From the NCBI RefSeq assembly GCF_009834535.1, contig NC_045697.1, positions 74,030,001 to 74,094,000 on the forward strand: a stretch of DNA of 64,000 nt. Direction: 5' to 3'. Source of the stretch: Camelus ferus (lineage: Eukaryota). The notes below the pieces were generated by a model. That model did not search any database. It saw only the letters and a program-made list of their open reading frames with translations, and was not told the DNA's origin. This document shows, piece by piece, positions 1 to 13,155 of this stretch (position 1 is its first letter; each line of letters opens with the position of its first letter). A program made the translations under genes and the position numbers.

Positions 1-101
1 AGCCTGCCGACCTATTCTGCAGATTTTGGAATCACTAAGCTAACAATCTCTTCAAATATATCTTCTATTAATTGTTTCTCTGAAGAATGCTGGCTAAAAC
101 A
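1..101 (+). mobile_element. 3' end of an MLT2-like (ERVL) LTR
   Basis: cctattctgcagattttgga...tgtttctctgaagaatgctggctaaaaca resembles the recalled MLT2 3' terminus. Confidence 0.6.
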
Positions 102-1704
102 TTGCCCTGAATCATAAATGGATTAAGGCTATTTTTCCTTCTATTCTTTAAGAAAAAGGCTAATCAAATATGCTTTGTTTTATTTTCTACCATACAAAAG
201 GATGTTGTAACTATGTAAATAAAGATTTCTGTACAAATTGTATGTGGAACATCTTTGAGATTTTCCAAGTACTTCAAAAACAAACAAACAAACAAAAACA
301 AACAAAAAACCAAGAAAATCCTATTCAGCTTCCTAGCACAGAGAAAATGCTTAACCATGGTTGGTTCTGAGGACAGTAGGACTTAAATAAACCTGAGTGT
401 GAAAGTAACACTACAACATAAAAATTATACTCATTGAGATTAGGCTTTTGGGACTTGATGGCTTTATTTTTCTAAACAGACTATAAAACAGAATCACTTG
501 CATATTCTTTGAAACTGTTATGCTCTTTATTGTGCAGGACACCTATTACAAAGTCTGTTGGAAAGTCAGCTGTTTGGATTTATTGCTTAAAATTAGCAGC
601 TGCTTCTGCTGGAGCTGTCAAACATTTCAGGGGGAGAAAATTTCGTATGATATAGAAAATAGAATAATTGAGCAGCTTCTCATGAACCTAAAAAGTATTA
701 CAGAAAAGAAATGGACAAACTACTCAAGCTAAAACATTCATCACTACAACTATTTTAAAAATTATTCCTAGGATGTTTTTATTTCTTTATTCTTCAAATA
801 TTTTTCTTGGTTAGTAAGAGCATATTCACAATGTACGAAGCCTTACACAGAAGAAAACAAACATCACAGGTAAGTCTAAGACTCAGAGATATTAACTATT
901 AAAGTTTAGGGGTAAATTTTTTCTTTTTATATTTTTATCATATTAACATATGCCAAAAGAGAGACCAACATTTAAATTTGAAAATGATGGGTTCATGATA
1001 CGTATCAGCTATTTAACTCCTCGCCTACTGTCATCGACTTCCTGATTCTTAAAACACAGAACAAAGAAATGCATAAAGCAGCATCTGAAAGTGACCTCAT
1101 CCCAAACCCCACTCTCAGGGGTCACCATCTTGACATTTCACTTACTTCTCCTAATTTCTCCAAGGGGCAGAATGTGGGCACCCCCTACTTATCTAAGATA
1201 CATTCTCCAGGAAACTGTGAGTATTACTTTATACTCATTCTAAAAATGTTATCTCCCCTTTCCCACTCCAAAAATACTTCCCATGAATATTCATATCTTC
1301 AATTTCTTTCAAACAAATCCAGTGTTCTCATTACCAAAGTATTCCTCTTTTATCAACCAAGAAGGCTTACCCATGTACAAACTGTATTTTAAATGAGTAA
1401 GGACTATTCATACAAATGCCCTGTTCTCCAGATACCCCATCAGGTCCTTACAAGCACTTTCACCTGCAGGCTGTATTTGTTCAAATTAACTAACAAACAC
1501 GATACACTGAACCAGTATAAAATCTTGCTTTACTACTTGATATGAGGATTGATGTTCTTTCACTTGATTATAAGGATTAAACATTAAAGAGAAAAAAGTT
1601 CCTGATTTTTCATTCAGGTGCAGCAGGGTTTTAACCGAATTAAATTACCTTGTGTATTTTCTGTGCATTATGTTTCCATGGTTCATAATGATTCTCTATG
1701 TCAT

Positions 1705-2335
1705 TTTTTTCTTCTTCCAGTTTTACTGAGATATAACTGACATACAGCACTGTATAAGTTGAAGCTGTACTGCATAATGATTTGACTTACCTGCATCATG
1801 AAATGATGACCACAATATGTTTAGTGAACATCCATCATCCCATATAGACACAAAATCAAAGAAATACAAAAATATATTTTTCCTTGTGATGAGAGCTTCT
1901 AGGATTTACTCTCAAAAACTTTCAAATATAATATACAGCAACATTATATTTATCACACTATACATTATATCCCTAGTACTTATTTATCTTGTAACTGGAA
2001 GTTTGTACCTTTTGACTGTCTTCATCCAATTCTCCCTCCCCCCACCTTCTACCTCTGATAACCACAAATTTGTCTCTCTCTCTCTCTCTCTCTTTTTTAA
2101 TTATAAATGCCTCCCACACTATGTTAGCTCTTGGTGCACAATAGAGTGGTTTGATATTTCTATACACTACAAAATAATCACCATGATTAGTCCAGTTACC
2201 ATCCGTCATCATACAAAGATATTACAATAAAATTGACTATATTCCCCTTGCTGTATATTTCATCCCCATGATTCATTTATTTTGTAACCGGAAGTTTGTA
2301 CCTTTTAATTTCCCTCATCTATTTCTTAATCTCTC
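1705..2335 (-). mobile_element. L1 3' UTR fragments (L1MA9-like), two similar 3'-end segments separated by (TC)n
   Basis: ccagttttactgagatataactgacatacagcactgtataag; the motif gtaac(t/c)ggaagtttgtacctttt occurs twice (about 1990 and 2284). Confidence 0.75.
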
Positions 2336-2569
2336 TCATCTATATTCATTTTATTTTCACATTCCTTTTCTGATTTTTGCCTTAGAAATCAACAAAACAT
2401 GACCAATTCTTAGTTATCCATAAACAAAATATAAGAATATATTAAGTTTATGTAAGTTTAATCTACTTCCTCTTTCAAGAATGTATACCATTGGCTAGTA
2501 GTTAAAAAAGAAAAACACTTTACTTTCATCTTTGTCCATCTTTGAGTGGTAATGCAGAGTGAAGATTTT

Positions 2570-2645
2570 TAAAAATTATTTATTTATTTATTTTTATTGA
2601 GGTATAGTCAGTTTACAGTGTTGTGTCAATTTCTGGTGTACAGCA
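2570..2645 (-). mobile_element. Extremely 5'-truncated L1 3' end with TSD
   Basis: tttattgaggtatagtcagtttacagtgttgtgtcaatttctggtgtacagca flanked by agagtgaag(a/c)tttt at 2556-2569 and 2646-2659. Confidence 0.8.
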
Positions 2646-3289
2646 AGAGTGAAGCTTTTAAGAGGCAAAAAAAAGGAAAAGATGTGGGAGATATAGATTG
2701 ACTCAAATTAGATACTGATTATCAAGAAAATACATTATTATAAAAATTTTAATAGTGAACTGCCACAAAGATGTTTATTTACAGAGTCACAAATAAAGCA
2801 AATCTGTATGGCATAAATACTGTAGTATGATCTCATTAGAAAATCACATCCACAGAAAGGTCCAACTGTAAGGGGAAACATAGTCCTCTCTGACGGAGAA
2901 GTAGCTCTGATAAACTGAGTGCCCACAGAGGGAAGGGTCTCTGGCCCGGGCAGTCTGGGAGGTCCAGGCAATCCTGGTGATAAAAGGGCATCCCAGCCTC
3001 AATCCCAGATACTAAGAGCTTTTGAATCCCTGTGGCTACCAGGCTGTGGAGGGTATGAGGTAGGGCTGGGAACTCCTTTAGCAATGAGTCTGGTTCTCTC
3101 TGTCAGTCCTACATGCACTGAGTTTGTGTGTGGAACCTCACCAAGTTCAATCTTTTTTTTTTCCCCAATAAAATGACTATAGTCACTAAATATTCACCAT
3201 CGTCCTCAAGTTTCCTCCTGTCCCTGTAAAAGGGATTGTAGTCCCTCCTTCCTGGCTCTGTCCTAAACTCTCCAACCAATCATCTATTT

Positions 3290-6200
3290 TGTGTCAGTAC
3301 ATGTTAGTGTCTGCATATACTTAAATTTTATATAAATGGTATGATACAATATGTATGACATGTCTGCCTTTTTTCACTTAATACATTTCTTTTTTGAAAT
3401 TTAGCCATCTTGTAGCATATATCAATAATTCATTTCTTTTTATTGCTGAGTATTTCCTCATATGAATATACCACAGTTTGTTTATCCATTCATCTGTTGA
3501 TGGACATTTGGGTTGTTTCGAATTTCTGTTTATTACAAATAAAGCTACTATAAACACTTGTATACAAATCTTTTTATGAACTTATACTTCCATTTCTCTT
3601 GGGTAAATATCTAGGCATGGAATGGCTAGAACATATAGTAGGTATATGTTTAACTCTCCAAGAAAATGACAAACTAGTTTTACTATTTTGCATTCCAACC
3701 AGCAGGGTGTGGGAATTCCAGTTCCTCCATATTCTTGCCAACAATTAGGACAGCCAGTCTTTTAAATTTTTAGCTATTCTAAAAAATGTGTACAGGCAGG
3801 TCACTGTGGTTTTCAATTTGTAAATCTGCATTATTTCCCTAATGACTAGTAAAGTTGAGCATCATCTCTTGTTTTCAATCTATCTTCTTTGGCAAAGTGA
3901 CCATTCAAATATTTTGCACTTTGTTGGGGGGGTGGGGGATGTTGTGTTTTTTTATTATTCAATTGTGAGAGTTCTTTATGTTCTGGACACAAGTCCCTTT
4001 GTCAGGTATATGATTTTCAAATATTTTCTCACAGTATGTGGCTTCTTTTCATTCTCAGCTTTTTTTTTAAGTTATTTGGCAGGGGGGGTAGATTAGGTTT
4101 ATTCATTTTATTTATTTTAATGGAAGTACTGGGAATTGAACCTAGGACCTCCTGCATGCTAGGTATGCACTCTACCACTAGCGCTATACCCTCCCCCTCC
4201 ATTCTCTTAAGAGTGTCGTTTCCAGAAAAAAATTTAATTTTGATGAAGTCCACTTATCATTTTAAACACTAGATTGTGCTTTTAGTATAATATCTAAGAA
4301 ATCTTGCCCAAATAACCCAAGGTCAAAATAGGTTCATCATTTTATGTGTTAAATTTTGGTCTAGGATACATTTTAGACAATCATCAAACCTAGTGCAAGG
4401 TATAGATTAAAGTGGGCTTTTTTCCCATATGGAATAACCAACTGCTCAAGGCCTATTTGTTGAAAAGATGATTTTGAAAATCAATTGTCCACATACAAGT
4501 AGGTCTATTTCTTGATTTGCTTTCATTGATCTCTTTCTCTAGTCTTATACCATGACTACACTCTCTTGATTACCATTTTATAAAATGTCTTGAAATCAGG
4601 AAGAGTTAATCCAACTTTGTTATTTACAAAGTTACTGAATCTATTCTAGATCCTTAGTGCTTACATATACGAGTTATTAAATTTCTACAGAAATGTGTAC
4701 TACAATTTGATTGATACTGCATTAAATCTATAGGTCAATTTGAGACTTGATATCATTAACAATCCATGAACATGATATTATCTTTCCATTTATTTAGTTC
4801 TCTGCTATCTCCTGGTAATGTTTTATAGTTGTCAGGGTACAAGTTCTTCATATATATTTTTCTAGATTTATTCCTAAGTGTTTCATATTTTTCATACCAC
4901 TATAAATAATGTATTAATTTTTAGTTTCCAATTTTTGTTGCCAGCATATAAAAACAGAATTGTTTATTGTATGTTGATCTTGTATCCTGCAACCTTGCTA
5001 AAATCACTTATTCCAGTAGCTTTTAGGTAGATTTTATTGAATATTGAACACTGACATTCATGCCATCTTCCTTTACAATCTGGATGTCTTTTCCTTCTTT
5101 TTAATGCCTTATCTCATTGGTTAGAACCTTCAGTACAATGCCGAATAAAAGTTGTGGGAGCCAGCTCAGCCTAGAGTTTACTGCAAGGTTTCTAAGTGCA
5201 AATTTAACTTGTTTATGCATATTTCTTTTTCAGTGAGCTTTGGTAGTTTATTTATTACAAGGAATCTATTTCATCCAAGTTGTCAAATTAACTGGTGTAA
5301 AGTTTGTCACAGTATTTCTCTATTGTTCTAATAACTGTAGAATCAGCAGTGATGTCAGTTGTCTCATTCCTGACATTAAAGATTTGTTTTCTCTCTTTTC
5401 TTTCTGATTATTCTGGCTAAAAGTTTTATCAATTTTCCTCGTCTTCTCAAAGAATCAACTTTTGGTTTCATTTTCTCTACTGTTTTTTTGGTATACAAAT
5501 TCTATTATGAAATACTTCTAATATGCAGAAAGTGCAGAGACTATTATAACAAATATCTACTCTAGATTTTTTTTTAGAATTAACAATGTAAGTTCAGAAA
5601 CTCTGCAAGCGAAGTCTCTTTTTTCTTCCTACTTATCAAAAAATAAAAATCTCATTTATTTTTATTCTTTCTCAGAAATAACTTCTCCTAACTACCATGC
5701 TGACACTGGTGTTTATTGTTCTTATTTATGTTTTTAAAATGTGAACAACAGATCTGTTTGTATTCATTAAAAATACACAGTACTGCTTTGGGTGTTTTAA
5801 AATTTACATTGACGATGCATACTACCTATCCTGCTGCAAATGCTTTTTTCACTGCACTTTCAGGTTTTATCCATGTAGAGTCTTACAGTTCTAACTCACG
5901 TATTTTACCTGCCGTATAGTAGTCCACTGTATAAATAGACTATAGTTTATTTGCCCAGATTTTATCGATAGGCATTTGTCCAGTTTCCAATTCTCCCATG
6001 TTTGATCACAGAAACACATGAATTAGTGTCTCTATAAAATACATAAATATCTAGAAAGGTAATTTCAGAGTAGTGGGTTATAAGCATCTTCAACTATACC
6101 AGAAATTACTTAACTGCTCTTCAAAGTAGTTGTACTAATTTCTACTCATCAAGCATATCAACAAGTATAAGAGGTCTCCTTTCCCCACCTGCTTAAAAAC

Positions 6201-7500
6201 ACTTGCAAACATTTGCCTATCTGATAACTATGAAATTGTATTCTGTCTTACTTTGATCTCATTGATCACTAGGGAAATACGGCAAATTTTTACATATTTA
6301 CTAGATATTTAAATACTCTCTCTTGTGAACTGTCCATTCATATTGTTTGCCCATTTTTTTCCTTCTGGGTTATCTTTTTCTCATGGATTTGAACAAATTG
6401 TTAATCCTTTTGTCATTTATATGCAAATATTTTCTCCCAATCAATGGCATATCTTTTAACCTATTTTGTGGTATCTTTAAATGTTTGTAGCTTTAAAAAA
6501 AAAAAACCCTTTATTTAAATTTATCAATCTTTTCTAGGTTATTCCTGGCCCTTTACTATTCCATACACATTTTAGGATCATCTTACCAAGTCAGTGAAAA
6601 CCCTATTGGTATTCTGATTAAAAATAGGCTGAATTCATTAATTAATATGGAAGAAATTGTCATTTTCATAATTTAATATTCTTTTAAACTATTTTAAGTC
6701 TATTTGGGTTTTCTGTTTATTCTTGATTTAATATCGATAATTTACATTTTAAACAAAATTGTCAACTCATCTATGTTTAGAAAAGTATTCTCAAAAGCAT
6801 CTCATAGCATTCCTTACTTAAATATCTCCTGTGTATGTAGTAATGTCTTCATTTTAACTGTTGATATTTTTATTTATGCCTTCTCTTTTTCACGGTCCTT
6901 CCTGTAATAGGTTTGTCTGTATTATTAGTCTTAAAAGAAGAAGCTTCTGTTTTAATTGATCCTTTCCATTATCACCTTGTTTTGTATTTCATTAAATATT
7001 TGCTCTCCTCTTTTTAATTTTTTCTTATAATAAAAAAAAGATAGAAAAAAAAGAGTAATTGTTGAATAGAACATTCAGCCTCTCAATTTTCTTCCTTCAT
7101 TTCTGCTGTATACATTTAATTTCTTGCAAAACTATTTGCTGCACTGTGCAAGTTCTGAAATACAGTAATTTAGTTGTCACTCAATTCTAAATATTTTATA
7201 ATTTATTGTAATTCATTTTTTTGAGGCATGACTTATGTAGAAGTGTTTTTAGTTTCCAAACACATGGGCTAGGGGTTTTTCTCTTTTAATATTTTTACAG
7301 TTGATTAGTAACTTTCTTATACTGTAGACAGAGAATGTAGTCTGCATTACCTCATCTCTTTGGGACTTTTTTCCCAACTCTTTTTGTGGAGCCTAATATA
7401 TACTCAATTTTTGGAAGTGTACTATAAAAAATGTACTATAAAAAATTATATATTCTCTAATTATGTATGTCTATTAGATTAAGCTTGTAAATTTTGTTCC
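3290..7500 (-). mobile_element. Cluster of old, degraded L1M (L1MC/MD/ME-type) fragments
   Basis: Typical antisense L1 3'UTR/ORF2 text (tttatccattcatctgttgatggacatttgggttgttt; gatcttgtatcctgcaaccttgctaaa); no intact ORF. Confidence 0.8.
4060..4197 (-). mobile_element. tRNA-Ala-derived SINE (camelid Vic-1-like), inserted into the old L1
   Basis: Minus strand GGGGAGGGTATAGCGCTAGTGGTAGAGTGCATACCTAGCATGCAGGAGGTCCTAGGTTCAATTCCCAGTACTTCC (Pol III A/B boxes) plus A-rich tail. Confidence 0.85.
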
Positions 7501-9559
7501 TATCTTCTCAAAATATTTTCCAAATAACTCTTTACATACAGTAAAGGATCCTAAAAGAAGCATCTTAAATCCTAGTCATCAAATCAACTGTCATTAAATA
7601 TCAGCTAATACTAGATCCGAAAGGAAATTCACATGTATTTGCACACAGGCACACTCACGTATGCACACACATACACAAACATACGTTCTTTGTTCCCTAT
7701 AAATGCTCTAAACATCGTTCCTTGAAATAAAGTTCTAATTTCTAGCCACATAGTCCTCAAAAATTGGGATGAGGCCCATATTTTTTGGCTATAAAGTTAG
7801 GTAAAGGTAAAAAAAAAATGACACAATGTCCAAAAAAATGTAATTGGGTGGTCCTGCGGTGGGACTATTACAGAGTGCTGCTCCTGCTGCCGGGGCCACA
7901 CGCTGAGCCCAGACACCTGGAGCATCAGGGCAGTGAGGCTGCCTCTGTCTACGGATCCCGAGTGTGTTCAGATCTAAGGAACAAACCTTGTTTTTGACAC
8001 AGCCATGTCTTTCATGACTGTATATAACTCAGACATCTATATTTATAAAGAAAATCCAAAAATTCTTTTTGACCCTTTCAGTTCTTTCTGTCTTCCTCAG
8101 ATCAATTATCTTTCTTACGATCTCTAAGTAGGACAAACTACTTCTGGAGCTATTGTCTATTTTGTTTCTAAAATGCTTCCAAATAATAGTCATCAGGTTA
8201 TTGGCTTTTATTTTAAATTTCTTGGTTACGGTCACACTATTTTACCTAGCTGATCTGTACATGTTGCTGGGTAACTACGTAATTATTTGTGGGGGTGGTT
8301 TCAGTGCTACCACAGTTAATTGTGCTTTGATTCACATGGGCTCACCAGAATATGCTTCCCACAATAGTCCTAATAATCACTCAAAAGTCTAGTCTTTTAA
8401 AAGTAACCAATTACCAAAGCAAAATTACTTTATCCTAAAATCTCACCTAATCAACTCATCCTGAATATTCTGTCAATATACATCTAGAAAGTGAAAACTT
8501 CTATTACTATCTGGCCTTGTTTTAACCATTACTTCAGACTCATTTAACATCTACACATCTGTCTTAAGATATTACCCAAGTAGATGAACTTGTTAGAATG
8601 AGTTCACTCATTCCCAGCCCACTAATAAACCTTGGGGATACAATTTGTTCCATACAGGCTCAGGATGGATGTGGTCTGAACATCACCAAGTCTGACGGAT
8701 GACTTCAATGTTGTACGTTATTCTGAGCAAGCAAAGGACAAGCAAGAGCTGACAGTTCTTTGGAGTCAGAGTAACATTCAGTACATTGCAAAATAGAGAG
8801 ATCTGGGAATATATACCTCAGTAATTCTGATTTAAACATCTCAATGTGGTTCTGAAGAGATAAAATGCCAAGTCAAAAAGCTTTGACTACAAAGAATTTC
8901 ATTATTACAAGATGATAAAATCTTCTTGAGAAAGTGTTACCTAATCCAGGCTCCTGAATCATGCATGACGCTGCTAATGGCGCAAATCCTTGACTTACAA
9001 ATTTTTAATGGCGAAATCGCATGTATGGTAAGTTCCACTAGAGCTGATGAAGAGGGAACTGCTCTCTCTGCATTTTGATTTTCTACTATAGTTTTCTCAG
9101 TGAAAAATCAGTACAGCACCTTCTTTTTTATTATGAAACACAACAAAGCTACCAAACCATGTAATTAAAGCTGGTTGTTAATGTTTCTGAATTCTAATCT
9201 TGTTCCCCATATCTAACTATCTTGATCATGTTCTCCAACCATTATTTTCCCAAGAGGATTTTTCCTACCAATATGATAGGAAACAATTTTTTAAAAAAAA
9301 GATGTAGGATAGAAACTTCAATCTTGCAGATAATTTTAGGACAAGCATCAATTATATCTATCTATAAATGTAAAACTAAAATAAATGGAACTGTCTTAAC
9401 CCATGATTAGTGAGAAACTACTTTAACAAAGGTAAAAAGTTTTTGTTTTCCTGAAAGAATGAATAATCAATATTGATAAGAACTAAGTTCAGAATGTAAT
9501 CTACATAGATATAAAACTGAACACTTGGATAAAATACAGTGATATTGTAACTGTGTTAC

Positions 9560-10075
9560 TATCACAATTTCCCTGCATCTTTCCTGACCTCCTTATGGCC
9601 TGTTCTCACCAATGCAGCCAGTGTGATCTCGTTGAAGTCTAAGTCAGAACATCCTTGGCTCAAAACCCACCAGTGGTTCCATCTTACTCAGGATAAGAAG
9701 TGAAATTCTTAAAATGGTCTTTCCAGGGTATTTTACAGGGTCTTTCATAATAATTTGCCCCCACTTCCACCCCCACATCCACACATCTCCTCCATTCTCC
9801 TCTCGACTCTTTTCTATTCCATCAGCCACTGTGGTTCCTCGGGTATTTCCTGGCACATCAAGAACTATCAGGTATCCACTTACCTCATGGCCTCTGGGCT
9901 GTGGCCTGTAATGATCTTCGTTCAGATAGTCACTTGGCTCAGTCCCTTACCTTCCACAAATCTTGACTCCGGCCAATCCTCTCCTCAGGGAGGCTGTCCC
10001 TGACAACAACTCCCATCCCACTCCTGGCACCTTACCCCTCTCCCCGGCTCATTTTTCATTGTAGCACTCCCCATG
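9560..10075 (+). mobile_element. L2 (LINE-2) fragment
   Basis: tgcagccagtgtgatct...ggctcaaaacccaccagtggttcc resembles the L2a 3' region. Confidence 0.7.
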
Positions 10076-10118
10076 GCATTTGTAAGATTAAACGATGCTT
10101 TGGACATTTGCACCTTAC

Positions 10119-10188
10119 CGATTCAACTAATGATCTTGCTTCCTCTTCAGAGCAATGGAAAGGACTGTCACATATCTGTACGTTTGTG
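10119..10188 (-). CDS. PPA2: PPA2 exon 10: (C)TNVQICDSPFHCSEEEARSLVES
   Basis: Acceptor tcctctccag, donor TCG|gtaagg, 70 nt; lies within ORF 10056..10244. Confidence 0.95.
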
Positions 10189-10628
10189 CTGGAGAGGAAA
10201 AGAAATGTTGTTATCAAATGGGATAAAAAAGGAGCAATTACCAAAAAGAAAAGTGACTCTCAGATACTTTACGTTTGAGCATATGATTCCAGCCGACAGT
10301 TACTGAGTCTGGATCTCACTTGGTAATAACACACACACATTCACACACAAACATACACACTCCCTCTCACTCAAAAGGAGACAGAAGACCTTCTAATGCA
10401 GAATGCTACAGCACGACTAGGAATTTGAATAAGATACCTTGAAAAAAGACCTGAATGAATGAATGGATATAAATTAGGGCAAGTGAGATTCTTGTACATT
10501 CTTTCCGGCAAGGTTATAAAGTGCTCCACAACACCGCACTCTCCAGAATTGAAAAAAAAAAATCAAATGATAGTATACAAATTTAAATAATCCCCTGGTA
10601 TATCTAAAAGGCTATTATACTACACTTT

Positions 10629-12036
10629 TTTTTAAACTGGTACTTAAAGTTGTTTTATTTTTTTTTTAACATTTTTTATTGATTTATAATCATTTTACAA
10701 TGTTGTGTCAAATTCCAGTGTTCAGCACAATTTTTCAGTCATTCATGGACGTATACACATTCATTGTCACATTTTTTTCTCTGTGAGTTATCGTAATATT
10801 TTGTGTATATTTCCCTGTGCTATACAGTGTAATTTTGTTTATCTATTCTACAATTTTGAAATCCCAGTCTATCCCTTCCCACCCTCCACCCCCCTGGCAA
10901 CCACAAGTCTGTATTCTCTGTCTATGAGTCTATTTCTGTCCTGTATTTATGCTTTGTTTTTGTTTTTGTTTTTTTAGATTCCACATATGAGCGATCTCAT
11001 ATGGTATTTTTCTTTCTCTTTCTGGCTTACTTCACTTAGAATGACATTTTCCAGGAGCATCCATGTTGCTGCAAATGGCATTATGTTGTCGGTTTTTATG
11101 GCTGAGTAGTATTCCATTGTATAAATATACCACCTCTTCTTTATCCAGTCACCTGTTGATGGACATTTAGGCTGTTTCCATGTTTTGGCTATTGTAAATA
11201 GTGCTGCTATGAACATTGGGGTGCAGGTGTCATCCTGTAGTAGATTTCCTTCTGGATACAAGCCCAGGAGTGGGATTCCTGGGTCATAGGGTAAGTCTAT
11301 TCCTAGTCTTTTGAGGAATCTCCACACTGTTTTCCATAGTGGCTGCACCAAACTGCATTCCCACCAGCAGTGTAGGAGGGTTCCCCTTTCTCCACAGCCT
11401 CTCCAGCATTTGTCATTTGTGGATTTTTGAGTGACGGCCATTCTGACTGGTGTGAGGTGATACCTCATTGTAGTTTTGATTTGCATTTCTCTGATAATTA
11501 GTGATATTGAGCATTTTTTCATGTGCCTTTTGATCACTTGTATGTCTTCCTTGGAGAATTGCTTGTTTAGGTCTTCTGCCCATTTTTGGATTGGGTTGTT
11601 TATTTTTTTCTTATTGAGTCATATGAGCTGCTTATATATTCTGGAGATCAAGCCTTTGTCAGTTTCATTTGCAAAAATTTTCTCCCATTCCGTAGGTTGT
11701 CTTCTTGTTTTACTTCTGGTTTCCTTTGCTGTGCAGAAGCTTGTAAGTTTCATTAGGTCCCATTTGTTTATTCTTGCTTTTATTTCTTCTAGGAGAAAAT
11801 TTTTGAAATGTATGTCAGATAATGTTTTGCCTATGTTTTCCTCTAGGAGGTTTATTGTATCTTGTGTTATGTTTAAGTCTTTGATCCATTTTGAGTTGAT
11901 TTTTGTATATGGTGTAAGGGAGTGTTCTAGCTTCATTGTTTTACATGCTGCTGTCCAGTTTTCCCAACACCATTTGCTGAAGAGACTGTCTTTATTCCAT
12001 TGTATATTCTTGCCTCCTTTGTCGAAGATTAGTCGA
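10629..12036 (-). mobile_element. Young, 5'-truncated lineage-specific L1: ORF2 C-terminus, 3' UTR and poly(A)
   Basis: ORFs 11619..11936 and 10974..11537 are in the same frame and give ORF2 C-terminus ([19 protein letters not shown] zinc knuckle), with one TGA between them; perfect 17-bp TSD ctattatactacacttt at 10612-10628 and 12037-12053. Confidence 0.95.
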
Positions 12037-13155
12037 CTATTATACTACACTTTACCGAAGAAAAGAAAAACCAAATTTGACCCATAGAATAATGACCATA
12101 AGGAAAAATTTTCCTCTAAGTGTGGTGGTAAACACTATAACTGGTTGCTGGAAAGGTACTGTGGAATCTTTCTCAGACAGGGAGGGAAGATTAAGTGGTG
12201 AGAGGAAACCATATGAACACAAGAACTTGGTTTTTGTACAAGTAAGGAAGTTCAGCAAGGCATGGACAGCAGCTGCTCCCCCACTGGTAAAGGCTCCATC
12301 AACTCAAAAGCCTTCACAGACAATGGGGAACAGCACGCTGCCTCCACAAGCACGCCGCCCACCAGGCCTGTCTTACTTTCCAGATGAAAGCAAGGATGTC
12401 ATTCCTCTCAGATGTACTCAGTCCAATTTTTAAAAATTTCATCAAAGAAATCAGATTAATATGGATACAGAAAAAGGTAGTAGAAAAGGGGAGTTAAAGC
12501 TAAATTAATTTTTCAAAATTGAAGGCATACGTGACTAGCGGATCCCTAAAGGAGGTATTAACAGATGAAACACACACACACTCACGTGCGTGCAGGCTCC
12601 TCGAGTGGGTCTGAGGGATACACGTTATCAGATTTCCTTCGGCAATGGCTTCGTAAGATATGCTGGGGTATAGATGATAGAAAGGTCTGCCTAGTTACTT
12701 ATTTATCTTCTTAACTACACCTGTCTGTGATCGGGCACTGGGTACAGACTGATTACGAAAGTGGTCATTTTGCTTTCTACCCAGACTCAAAATGTGGAAT
12801 TCGTTTTCATTCTTGGCATGAATGTGGATGTCTGGTGAAAGCCAGCATGATCATCTTTAAGACTAAACTACTTTGTACTCTCTTCTCCACAGCTCATGAG
12901 TAAGTAAGCTAAAAACTGAAAAAGGTAAGGCCTTTTAAGTTAGATGTTTCTCTAAAGAAAATCAAAACTAAACTTAAAAAGAACAGGCAAAAAATTAGGC
13001 ACTGCAAAGTCTTGAGCGCTACTCCTCTGAAGAAAGTGTGATGTATATGAAATATGGTATAGTTAATGTTTTTAACATTATAACTACACTGAAGAGAAAC
13101 ATTCCTTGGGAATTCTGGGAAAACTATAATGAGAGAACAGGGAGTCTGCTCTAAA

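Noticed and set aside
2919..2990. Collagen-like G-x-y peptides on both strands
   Set aside because: Only 3-4 triplets, interrupted, with no splice or context support.
1..10118. PPA2 exons 11-12
   Set aside because: No sequence matching the recalled VSSSPNKESNEEE or QVWHFLGK found by eye; presumed to lie beyond the left edge.
10974..12087. Longest ORFs (187 and 203 aa) as host genes
   Set aside because: L1 ORF2 C-terminus and its antisense frame.
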